Origin: Dehalococcoidia bacterium
GTDB taxonomy: Bacteria > Chloroflexota > Dehalococcoidia > GIF9 > UBA5629
NCBI GenBank assembly: GCA_050011565.1
Contig: JBEKIW010000001.1
Span: forward strand, 320,001-384,000
Reading direction: 5' to 3'
Length of the DNA stretch: 64,000 nt
Part shown: piece by piece, positions 1-8,294 of the stretch
Layout of the letters: the number at the start of each line of letters is the position of its first letter
How positions within the stretch are numbered: the stretch's first letter is position 1
Made by a program: the position numbers and the translations under genes
Notes under the pieces: model-generated
Told to the model about the DNA's origin: nothing
The model's database searches: none
What the model saw: the letters and a program-made list of their open reading frames with translations, nothing else

Positions 1-1
1 C

Positions 2-322
2 TATGAGCAGCGCTCCCCTCATCATCTGAGCGTCGGTGAGAAAAAACGCATTGCCATTGCCACTGTTCTGTCCTTAGACCCGGAGATTCTGGTAATTGAC
101 GAACCTACCAGCAACCTTGACCCAAGAAGCAAGTGGTCTTTGGTCGAACTGCTAAATAGGCTTCCAATAACTAAAATCATTGCCACCCATGATCTGGAAT
201 TGGTTAGGGCTTTGTGCCATCGGACCATGGTCATGGATGAAGGCAAGATAGCGGCTGACGGAAAGACAGAAAGTATTCTCGATGATATTCCTCTGCTAAG
301 GGCTCATGGCCTGTCGAAATGA
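2..322 (+). CDS. cbiO: ECF/cobalt-type ABC transporter ATPase, C-terminal part (5' truncated by window)
   Basis: Frame 2 reads YEQRSPHHLSVGEKKRIAIATVL..EILVIDEPTSNLD..IATHD: ABC signature, Walker B, H-loop. Confidence 0.8.
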   Translation, partial: YEQRSPHHLSVGEKKRIAIATVLSLDPEILVIDEPTSNLDPRSKWSLVELLNRLPITKIIATHDLELVRALCHRTMVMDEGKIAADGKTESILDDIPLLRAHGLSK

Positions 323-335
323 CAGATTGAAAGTT

Positions 336-1187
336 TTAGTCAAGTTCTAAGCTAATGTCCAGAGCTTTCGGCGAGTGAGTAAGCGCTCCTATTGAGATAC
401 GGTCAACACCCGTCTCGGCAACAGCCCGGACATTTTCCAGAGTAATTCCTCCCGAAGCTTCTATTAAAGCATGGCCTTTAACTAGCCGGACAGCCTGGCG
501 CATGTCTTCGAGGTTCATATTATCGAGCATAATTATATCGGCGCCGGCTTCAGCGGTCTGGACAGCTTCCTCGGGGGTCTTGACTTCAACTTCAATTTTA
601 AGTTCGGGTGGAGCTTTTTGCCGGGCATTGGCTACAATTTCCTTTATATTCAGCCCTCGACGGCGGAGCGCTGCAATGTGGTTGTCCTTAATCAGAATAC
701 CGTCTGCCAGATGCATGCGGTGGTTCTTACCGCCTCCGACACGAACGGCGTATTTTTCCAGCGTTCTCAGTCCCGGCGTAGTTTTCCTGGTATCCGTGAT
801 GTAAACCGGTAGACCTTTGACGGCCTGGACATAGCGGGCTGTTTCCGAGGCAATGCCGCTAAGACGCTGCAAGAAGTTTAATGCCACCCGCTCGGCTTTC
901 AATATACTTGAAGTTTTACCTTCAATTCTAGTTACAATATCGCTGGGCTTAACTTCGTTGCCGTCCTCGATAAGAATATCCACCTCCAATTTAGGGTCTA
1001 TTTTGAGAAAAACCTGTTTGGCTATACCAGTTCCGGCTATGATACCTCTGCCTTTGGCCATGATTAATGCCTTGCCCATCTGGGTCTCAGGTATCAATGC
1101 CTTCGTAGTCACGTCTTGCCGGCTCCGGTCTTCAGCTATAGCCTGGCGAATAAGTTGTTTAACCTGTGGAGTGTTCGGCGATTCCAT
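336..1187 (-). CDS. nadC: Nicotinate-nucleotide diphosphorylase (carboxylating)
   Basis: ERVALNFLQRLSGIA, DTRKTTPG, ILIKDNH, IMLDN, EASGG motifs. Confidence 0.97.
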   Translation of the reverse strand: MESPNTPQVKQLIRQAIAEDRSRQDVTTKALIPETQMGKALIMAKGRGIIAGTGIAKQVFLKIDPKLEVDILIEDGNEVKPSDIVTRIEGKTSSILKAERVALNFLQRLSGIASETARYVQAVKGLPVYITDTRKTTPGLRTLEKYAVRVGGGKNHRMHLADGILIKDNHIAALRRRGLNIKEIVANARQKAPPELKIEVEVKTPEEAVQTAEAGADIIMLDNMNLEDMRQAVRLVKGHALIEASGGITLENVRAVAETGVDRISIGALTHSPKALDISLELD

Positions 1188-1246
1188 TTGCTGTTTCCGA
1201 TTTTATAGAGAAGCGCAAAATAAACTGCAGGCAAAGGTAACTTTAT

Positions 1247-2710
1247 TTAAATAAACGGGACAAGCTCTTTCTGTCGAGTCCAGATTGGTGCCCTGGCGAT
1301 CACAGTTGTACCTTTGCCGGGCTCCGATTTTATCTGTAAAGTACCTCCGATAAGACGTGCCCGTTCTTCCATACCCAGGACTCCCAGCTTTCCTTCTTTC
1401 GCCAGGTCACCGGTCAATCTGGATGTCGAGAAGCCCTTGCCGTTATCCGTGATAGACATCTTCAAATTGTTTGAAGTAAGTTGTACTGTAATATTGACCG
1501 CTGACGCCTGAGCATGTTTTCGTATATTATTCAGTGTCTCCTGAGCAATTCGGAACATGGCTAACTCCACTTCTGAGGGAAGCGGAGGTAATTTATCCGA
1601 TTTTACCGAAGTTTTAATCCTCAATTCTTTGCCCAGTTCCTCAGTCAACCAGTTTAATGCGGCGACGAGTCCCATCTGGTCTAAAATGCTCGGCCTCAGG
1701 TCACGTGCATATCGCTGCAGACTTTTATAAGCATCATTGGCTATGTTCTCGATATGCTCGAGCTCTATAATCGAAGCTTTAGGTATCTTGGAATCATTTT
1801 TGGAGATAAGGATGTCCAGTTGTCGTGACAATAAAAGTATGGACTGCGCGATATCATCGTGGAGTTCCCGGGCAATTCGTTTCCGCTCCTCCTCCTGCGC
1901 CATGAGAGTTTTATGAATTTGAAGGCGAAGATTATCTCTCAGCCTTCTTTCTACAGTAACATCGCGAGCTATATTCTGAAAGCCGATAGGCTTGCCATCA
2001 GCGCGAATAAGGCGGGTAAACAATTCTACAATGGCGTCTGTGCCGTCTTTCTTAATTAATCGCTGGTCGTAGCGTTGGTCAATAGCTTGGCCCTTCATAA
2101 GCTTGGTTCTAATTTCTCTGGCTATCACCAGTGCATCACGGGACATGAATTCAGCAACATTTTTACCTATTAACTCATCCGGCGAGTAGCCACTGACCTT
2201 CTCACAGGCTCTATTGGCTATCACTATCTTGCCGTGCATATCATGAACCCAAATCGCATCACTGGCATTTGTAAAAAGCTCTTCGTAGCTCTCTTGAGAT
2301 GTTCTCAAGGCTACTCTAATTCCACGTAGTTTTTGTCTTTGTTGATGCCATCCCCGGCGCATTTGAATTAAGGTAATGCCCAGGCCGCCAATAGTAAGCG
2401 CAGCGATGCTCTCGATAGTGGAGTCTATAGGGGTAGATGATATGAATATTGCACGTGGAAGCATAACAAGGCCGGAAGCCAACAATGTACCGATGCCGAA
2501 CCTTAGTCCCAGCGACCAGCCGGCATAAACTATGAGCAAAATATAAATAAATCGCTCAACAGCGTATCTTGATAAACCGAGAAACGAGGCAATAGACACC
2601 TGGCCTATTATCGGGATGCTAGCCAGGAGTTCGTGGTAATGGGATAGAGTAAGAAGTAAGAAGATTAGGGTTAAGAAGCAGATGTGGAAAATTCGCCATC
2701 TATTTGACAC
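1247..2710 (-). CDS. Membrane-bound PAS sensor histidine kinase (NarX/HisKA_3 type)
   Basis: Hydrophobic N-terminus, PAS domain, EERKRIARELHD H-box, DNGKGF G-box. Confidence 0.92.
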   Translation of the reverse strand: MSNRWRIFHICFLTLIFLLLTLSHYHELLASIPIIGQVSIASFLGLSRYAVERFIYILLIVYAGWSLGLRFGIGTLLASGLVMLPRAIFISSTPIDSTIESIAALTIGGLGITLIQMRRGWHQQRQKLRGIRVALRTSQESYEELFTNASDAIWVHDMHGKIVIANRACEKVSGYSPDELIGKNVAEFMSRDALVIAREIRTKLMKGQAIDQRYDQRLIKKDGTDAIVELFTRLIRADGKPIGFQNIARDVTVERRLRDNLRLQIHKTLMAQEEERKRIARELHDDIAQSILLLSRQLDILISKNDSKIPKASIIELEHIENIANDAYKSLQRYARDLRPSILDQMGLVAALNWLTEELGKELRIKTSVKSDKLPPLPSEVELAMFRIAQETLNNIRKHAQASAVNITVQLTSNNLKMSITDNGKGFSTSRLTGDLAKEGKLGVLGMEERARLIGGTLQIKSEPGKGTTVIARAPIWTRQKELVPFI

Positions 2711-2780
2711 TGCTGCTGATACATCTCCTCATCTATTTTTTATTATTTACGGATACTAGTCGAACATCAAATTTATTCTA

Positions 2781-3467
2781 TCATTCCGAAGATTCACCTT
2801 GCTTAATATCTTCTAAAGTAATTAGTCCCGTTCTGAGGCCTTCAACTAGAGCTTCACTTCGCGAAGCAACAGTCATCTTGGTGAATATGTTCGACATGTG
2901 GGCCTTGACGGTTCGTAAGCTAAGATATAGTTTATCGGCTATCTCTTTGTTGCTCATTCCGGTGGCCAGTAGTTTCAGCATTTCCATCTCGCGGTCACTT
3001 AGAATGTCTCTTATCTTTCGGTCTACGGTTCCCGCCGGTTTAATCATGGCTTGTTTTAGCAACTTTTCAATTATCTTGGGGTGAAGCACCGACTCACCGG
3101 CTCTTATAGCCCGCACAGCTTCCACTAAATCCTGTCCCCGCGCGCTTTTCATCAGGTAACCGGCTGCTCCTGCCTCCAGTAATCCAAGCACGTAGTTATC
3201 GTCATCATAGGCGGTGAGAATCAGTATGGCGGTATTGGGGGCAATTTTCTTAATTTGTCGGCTGGCTTCAAGACCGTCGAACTTAGGCATCATAATATCC
3301 ATAACCAGTATATCTGGCTTCAACTGGGAAGTCAGATTGACGGCTTCCTCGCCATTATTTGCCTGGCCAACTATCTCCATATCTTTCTCATTAGAAAATA
3401 CCTGGCTCAATGCTTCCCGCAACAATGGATGGTCATCGGCAAGCAAAATTCTTGTTTTCGCCTTCAC
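2781..3467 (-). CDS. NarL/LuxR-family response regulator
   Basis: LADDH receiver, MDIMMP phospho-Asp, LSDRE..GMSNKEIA..TVKAHMSN HTH. Confidence 0.95.
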   Translation of the reverse strand: MKAKTRILLADDHPLLREALSQVFSNEKDMEIVGQANNGEEAVNLTSQLKPDILVMDIMMPKFDGLEASRQIKKIAPNTAILILTAYDDDNYVLGLLEAGAAGYLMKSARGQDLVEAVRAIRAGESVLHPKIIEKLLKQAMIKPAGTVDRKIRDILSDREMEMLKLLATGMSNKEIADKLYLSLRTVKAHMSNIFTKMTVASRSEALVEGLRTGLITLEDIKQGESSE

Positions 3468-3566
3468 TCTATCACCCCCTTAGCAGTTCAATACTAATTA
3501 TAAGGTATATCAGCCTGAAGGCACAATAATACTATGGTCATACATGTTCGGTGGTATTACGTAACA

Positions 3567-3632
3567 TAGGCCAAAGTACCATCGAAACTAGAGCTAAAGA
3601 CCGATGAGAGCCAATCTGCTAGCTGCTACAGT
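3567..3632 (+). promoter_or_regulatory. Conserved promoter A: upstream conserved block plus extended -10 (TGcTACAGT)
   Basis: 3571-3610 matches 7859-7898 at 32/40 positions without gaps; extended -10 at the same offset in both. Confidence 0.75.
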
Positions 3633-3672
3633 ATAGTTGTCAGAAAAATCTGGTTAATAATGAGCAGCGGGA

Positions 3673-3999
3673 ATGTCAGATAAGCTTGGTGAGAAGGCCG
3701 GAGATACTAGCGAAATGCTTAATAGATTAGTCAGTGCACCGACCGTTGTTCCAAATAATGGTTTAGCTGGTAAGTGGGCAATACTAGCTGTGCTGGCTAG
3801 GGCGGCTGATGAACCTGAGTTCATGTCACGTTTAGCCGAGAACCCACACGAGGCTCTTAAAGAGTATTACACCTTAACTCAAGAGCAGAAAATGGCCCTG
3901 GCTAGCGGCGATATACAGAAGATTGAGAGTTGGTTAGGTAAGTTGGATAAGCGATTGGCTAGCTGGCTTTGGTGCCGTCTTGGTCAGGAGAAGTGGTAA
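3673..3999 (+). CDS. Small QEKW-terminal protein, copy 1 (NHLP/Os1348-like helical domain)
   Basis: LARAADEPEFMSRLAENPHEALKEY..LT..E..ALASGD..RLGQEKW; paralogue of 7959-8285 and of the FNT C-terminal domain. Confidence 0.85.
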   Translation: MSDKLGEKAGDTSEMLNRLVSAPTVVPNNGLAGKWAILAVLARAADEPEFMSRLAENPHEALKEYYTLTQEQKMALASGDIQKIESWLGKLDKRLASWLWCRLGQEKW

Positions 4000-4011
4000 A
4001 GGAGAGAAATA

Positions 4012-4161
4012 ATGCATTGGCAATTTATAGCAGTCGCAGGTTTTATAGCAGCTGTTGCCTTATTTTCGGTAGTACTTTTTCTTACACAGAAGGGGCTGAG
4101 GCTCTGGTCTGATCGCGCCAGGACCAGGTCAAATACGACTGGCTGTGGCGGCTGAGGATAA
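4012..4161 (+). CDS. Small single-pass membrane protein, candidate selenoprotein ending GCGG-U-G (47 aa if UGA at 4153 is a stop)
   Basis: AAGGAG RBS 7 nt before ATG 4012; MHWQFIAVAGFIAAVALFSVVLFLTQKGLRLWSDRARTRSNTTGCGG-TGA-GGA-TAA; hairpin 4169-4186. Confidence 0.65.
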
Positions 4162-4237
4162 TTAAAGTGGCTGCAGTTGTGTGGCCGAGGAACCGTTGAC
4201 GTACCAGGGGCACAAAGAAATTAAAGGGGGTAAAAAA

Positions 4238-4693
4238 ATGGGCAAGTTCAATGTGTTAAGGAAATGCGACATTTTTCGAGCTTTGGATGATAAGCAGCTT
4301 CGTGAAGCGGAGAAAATGTGCGACTATGAAGAATTCGAGGCCGGAACAATTATTTGCAAGCAGGGAAACAAGGAAGAGAAGTTATACATAATCGAACACG
4401 GCGCAGTGGGGATTATTTTGGAAGTCGGGCCGCTAGCTCAGCGCCAGGTTCAAGCTGTAACCGACTATGAGGTGTTCGGCTGGTCGGCCATGCTGGACCC
4501 ATACGTTTGTACGGCTACAGTGAAAGCTTTAGAGAATACAAAGGTACTGGCTTTTGATGGGCAGGAGTTGTCCGGTTTGTGCGTAACCAGACCTGAAATA
4601 GGCTGCAGAATTTCAAGAGGAATCGCGCGTGTGGTAGCTGGCAGGCTACGTCAAGCCTATGCCCAGTTATTGGGTGTTACCGCACTGGTTTAA
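4238..4693 (+). CDS. Stand-alone cyclic nucleotide-binding domain protein (no HTH)
   Basis: ICKQG..LYIIEHGAV..EVFGWSAML..TATVKA cNMP-binding pattern; ATG 4238 after AAGGGGG preferred to GTG 4181. Confidence 0.85.
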   Translation: MGKFNVLRKCDIFRALDDKQLREAEKMCDYEEFEAGTIICKQGNKEEKLYIIEHGAVGIILEVGPLAQRQVQAVTDYEVFGWSAMLDPYVCTATVKALENTKVLAFDGQELSGLCVTRPEIGCRISRGIARVVAGRLRQAYAQLLGVTALV

Positions 4694-4720
4694 TTTCTAA
4701 TTCTGGAAAGGAGTTTAATC

Positions 4721-6688
4721 ATGGCAGATGTAAAAACAATCACTTCAATGATGGGGGAAAAGAGGGTATTCAATCCTCCAAAGGAATTCAGTGAACGGGC
4801 GTACATACGGAATCTGGTCGAGTATAAAGATGTCTATCAGTGGTCTATTAATGACCCTGAGGGCTTCTGGGGCGAGATGGCAGGCCAGCTGGATTGGTAT
4901 CGGAAATGGGATAAAGTGTTTGTCGAGGATTTCAAGGAGGGCAAGCATGAATGGTTTGTGGGGGGTAAGCTCAATGTCAGTCAAAATTGCCTCGACAGGC
5001 ATGTTAAGACGTGGAGAAAGAACAAAGCGGCTTTGATCTGGGAGGGCGACATCGGTGATAGCAAGGTGCTCACCTATCAACAGCTATATCGAGAGGTCTG
5101 CAAGTTTGCCAATGTGCTTAAGAAACATGGTGTCAAAAAAGGAGATAGGGTATCTATATATTTACCCATGATTGTGGAGCTGCCGATTGCCATGCTGGCT
5201 TGTGCCAGGATTGGTGCTATTCATAGCGTTGTTTTCGGCGGTTTCAGTGCTGATGCATTGAAAGATAGGATGCTGGACTGCCGATCTTCAGTACTCATTT
5301 GTGTCGATGGCTACTACCGTGGTGGCAAGATCATACGGAGTAAGGACAATGCAGACGCAGCCCTTGCAGCCTGCCCTGACGTGAAGGACGTCATAGTGGT
5401 CAAGAGGGCTAATATTGAAGTTGCCATGGAGAAGGGGCGTGATTATTGGTGGGACGATGAAATGGCATCTGATAGCGCTAAAACAGAGTGTAAGCCTGAA
5501 GTTATGGATGCTGAAGACCCACTGTTCATTTTGTATACCAGTGGGAGCACTGGCAAACCCAAGGGGGTTCTGCACACTCAAGCAGGTTACCTTCTTTACT
5601 GCTATCAGACATTTAAGTGGATCTTTGACATGAAAGAAGAAGATACTTTCTGGTGCACAGCCGACATTGGCTGGGTGACGGGGCACTCCTATATCGTCTA
5701 TGGCCCCTTGTCTTACGGAGCGACCACACTCATGTTTGAAGGGGTGCCAAACTATCCCCATCCTGATAGGTTCTGGGATATTGTTGAAAAATATCAGGTC
5801 AGCATTTTCTACACGGCGCCTACTGCACTCCGATCCATAATGAGAGAAGGAGACGAATGGCCTAATAAGCATAATTTGAGATCCCTGCGTCTCCTGGGCA
5901 CGGTAGGTGAACCGATAAATCCTGAGGCCTGGATTTGGTACTACAACGTAATAGGTAAAAATATGTGCCCTATTGTGGATACCTGGTGGCAAACAGAGAC
6001 GGGAGGAGTATTAATCACACCTTTACCCGGTGCTACTCCACTTAAACCGGGCTCAGCGACATTGCCGTTTCCTGGAGTCGAGGCTGCGGTGCTCAGAGAG
6101 GATGGTTCCGTTGCTGATGTGAACGAAGGCGGCTACTTGGTTATCAAAAAGCCCTGGCCGGGGCTGATGCGCCGGGTCTATGGCGACCCAGAGAGATTCA
6201 AGAACACTTACTTTGTTCGATTCCCAGGCGTTTATAATACGGGAGATGGCGCCAGAGTAGACGAGGACGGATTCTTCTGGTTAATGGGTCGTATTGACGA
6301 TGTTATCAATGTGTCAGGGCACCGTATAGGTACTGCCGAGGTGGAAAGTGCTCTGGTATCTCATGATAATGTCGCGGAAGCTGCTGTTGTTGGCATGCCC
6401 CATGAGATAAAAGGGCAAGGCATATACGCCTTCGTTACGTTAAAAGCCGGCGTGGGAAAGTCTGACGAGCTCAAGAAAGCGCTGGTATCCCATGTCCGCA
6501 AGGAGATTGGTCCAATAGCCACACCGGATAAGATTCAGTTTGCTGATGGTTTGCCAAAGACGAGAAGTGGCAAGATTATGAGAAGAATATTGACCAAGAT
6601 TGCTGCCGGCGATGTGGAGCAATTGGGTGACACTACTACACTGGCTGACCCCTCTGTGGTTGAAGTGCTGGTCAAGGAGAGATGCTAA
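4721..6688 (+). CDS. acs: Acetyl-CoA synthetase (AMP-forming)
   Basis: [44 protein letters not shown]. Confidence 0.97.
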   Translation: MADVKTITSMMGEKRVFNPPKEFSERAYIRNLVEYKDVYQWSINDPEGFWGEMAGQLDWYRKWDKVFVEDFKEGKHEWFVGGKLNVSQNCLDRHVKTWRKNKAALIWEGDIGDSKVLTYQQLYREVCKFANVLKKHGVKKGDRVSIYLPMIVELPIAMLACARIGAIHSVVFGGFSADALKDRMLDCRSSVLICVDGYYRGGKIIRSKDNADAALAACPDVKDVIVVKRANIEVAMEKGRDYWWDDEMASDSAKTECKPEVMDAEDPLFILYTSGSTGKPKGVLHTQAGYLLYCYQTFKWIFDMKEEDTFWCTADIGWVTGHSYIVYGPLSYGATTLMFEGVPNYPHPDRFWDIVEKYQVSIFYTAPTALRSIMREGDEWPNKHNLRSLRLLGTVGEPINPEAWIWYYNVIGKNMCPIVDTWWQTETGGVLITPLPGATPLKPGSATLPFPGVEAAVLREDGSVADVNEGGYLVIKKPWPGLMRRVYGDPERFKNTYFVRFPGVYNTGDGARVDEDGFFWLMGRIDDVINVSGHRIGTAEVESALVSHDNVAEAAVVGMPHEIKGQGIYAFVTLKAGVGKSDELKKALVSHVRKEIGPIATPDKIQFADGLPKTRSGKIMRRILTKIAAGDVEQLGDTTTLADPSVVEVLVKERC

Positions 6689-6760
6689 GTTTATTGCAGT
6701 TGTGTTAGCTTTCTCCGGCATCAACCAATGTAAGATTATGGTGACATAGGAGGAAATTTT

Positions 6761-7336
6761 ATGGCAAAGGTGATTACTCAAAACGAGGTTCAATGGGCTA
6801 ATCCGGGCGCCTTAGGCTTAGCCGGATTTGGCCTGAATACGATTCTATTGCAGATTCACAATCTGGGTTTGATCACAAGTACTTTACCACTGGTATACGG
6901 ATTTTTCTGGGGTGGTGTAGCCCAGATTATTGCCGGCATCATAGATGCTCGGCGTGGCGATACCTTTGGTCTCACCGCCTTCACTTCCTACGGCTTGTTC
7001 TGGATAGGATTGAGCTTTTACTTTCTACTGCAGTGGACAGGCGTAGTCGAAATGGAGCGCTCTGGACTGGCCTGGTTATTTGTATGCTGGGGCATATTCA
7101 CCGGCTATATGACCATAGGCACGCTGAAGATGTCGGTGATGCACATCTTTGTGTTCGCGAGCTTGACTGTACTGTTCTTCTTGCTTGCCGCCGTATTTTT
7201 TGACCTCATACCGGCAGCGGTAGCCGGAGTGGAAGGACTGTGCTGTGGCGCTGCTGCAGCCTACGGTTCGGCAGCCGTGGTGCTGAACGATAAGTTCGGC
7301 AGGTGGGTGTTCCCCATCGGCCTGATTTCAAAATAG
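6761..7336 (+). CDS. satP: Acetate uptake transporter (GPR1/FUN34/YaaH family)
   Basis: ANPGALGLAGF signature, FGLTAFTSYGLFW, hydrophobic helices, directly after acs. Confidence 0.9.
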   Translation: MAKVITQNEVQWANPGALGLAGFGLNTILLQIHNLGLITSTLPLVYGFFWGGVAQIIAGIIDARRGDTFGLTAFTSYGLFWIGLSFYFLLQWTGVVEMERSGLAWLFVCWGIFTGYMTIGTLKMSVMHIFVFASLTVLFFLLAAVFFDLIPAAVAGVEGLCCGAAAAYGSAAVVLNDKFGRWVFPIGLISK

Positions 7337-7498
7337 AATAGTTAAAAACTGATATCTGTCGTTAGAACCAGGCTTAGGTATATTGGAAATAAGGAGGTTG
7401 GTTGTTACAAAGAACATTAGTTTTGAGCTAGGTCACTAGAATTAAGTGATAAACTCGGTGGCATTAATTTACTACAACTAGAAGGTGTGATGCCTTAA

Positions 7499-7645
7499 TA
7501 GAGGAGGGTACCGAGTGGGCGGTGGCAATCACTTTTGTGGCAGGTGCCCCAAACATTGACTTTAATCTGCCCAAACTCCTAGCTTTACTGAACTGCCCCC
7601 AAAAATTTGCCCCCAAATTTTGCCACCGCCCGCCCCCTTTTTACC
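7499..7645 (-). ncRNA. Candidate structured small RNA with four UUUGGG(GG)CA repeats inside a GC-rich closing stem
   Basis: 12-bp perfect inverted repeat 7517-7528/7620-7631; TGCCC(CC)AAA at 7545, 7568, 7594, 7608; sigma70-like promoter immediately upstream. Confidence 0.5.
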
Positions 7646-7648
7646 TCT

Positions 7649-7677
7649 AGTATAGCACTAATCTTTAATTACTTAAA
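7649..7677 (-). promoter_or_regulatory. Sigma70-like promoter TTTAAG-17 nt-TATACT with TGn extension
   Basis: Minus strand: tttaag taattaaagattagtgc tatact; no sizeable ORF follows. Confidence 0.6.
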
Positions 7678-7858
7678 TGGAAATAGTCAGACAAAACGGA
7701 ATAGGAATACGGAGGTTAATCCCCCGGTTTTCTTTTTTGTATCCGCAATTTAAGGTAACCGGGATAAATGTTAATGTCTGAGGGAACTAGTACCAATGGC
7801 CAAAATGAACTTGTTTTAGGGTTTTTAAACAAGATTAACGTAATACTTTTGGACGTAC

Positions 7859-7920
7859 CCAAAGCCCCATCGAAATTAGGGCGCGAGGCCGATGAGAGTT
7901 ACGTTACCAGTTGCTAAATT
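7859..7920 (+). promoter_or_regulatory. Conserved promoter B (paralogue of 3567-3632), extended -10 TGcTAAATT
   Basis: Ungapped alignment to 3571-3632; shared ccatcgaaa.tag.gc...ag.ccgatgagag. Confidence 0.75.
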
Positions 7921-7958
7921 AAAGATAGAAGTTCAAATAAATAAGGAGGTGACTAAAA

Positions 7959-8285
7959 ATGGCTGATCACGTTCGTAAAAAGCTCGAAGAAGGCACTGAA
8001 AACCTAGACAAACTCATCAGTGCACCCACAGTTGTCCCGAAGGAGGGCTTGGCCGGAAGGTGGGCGGTCCTATCTGTCCTGGCAAGAGCGGCTGATGAGC
8101 CCGATTTCATGAACCGCCTGGCAGAGGACCCTCATGAAGCTCTCAAGGAGTATTACACACTGACGCAGGAGGAGAAAGCAGCCTTAGCCAGTGGTGATAT
8201 CCAGAAGATTGAGAGCTGGGTTGGTAAGCTGGACAAGCGCCTTTCAACCTGGCTGTGGTATCGTCTATCTCAGGAGAAATGGTAA
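7959..8285 (+). CDS. Small QEKW-terminal protein, copy 2
   Basis: Strong AAGGAGGT RBS; collinear 108-aa paralogue of 3673-3999, ends RLSQEKW. Confidence 0.88.
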   Translation: MADHVRKKLEEGTENLDKLISAPTVVPKEGLAGRWAVLSVLARAADEPDFMNRLAEDPHEALKEYYTLTQEEKAALASGDIQKIESWVGKLDKRLSTWLWYRLSQEKW

Positions 8286-8294
8286 GGAGTAACC

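Noticed and set aside
5288-5992. Long antisense and overlapping ORFs in the track (e.g. 234 aa opposite acs, 185 aa opposite hdrA)
   Set aside because: Shadow ORFs of well-supported genes with no recognisable motifs.
7517-7631. CRISPR array or IS element
   Set aside because: Repeats are only 8-10 nt with irregular spacing; no cas or transposase gene and no evident target duplication.
3673-8285. QEKW proteins as NHLP-type RiPP precursors
   Set aside because: No Gly-Gly cleavage site or Cys/Ser/Thr-rich core, no YcaO, radical SAM or peptidase-ABC genes in the window, and one copy is fused to a channel.
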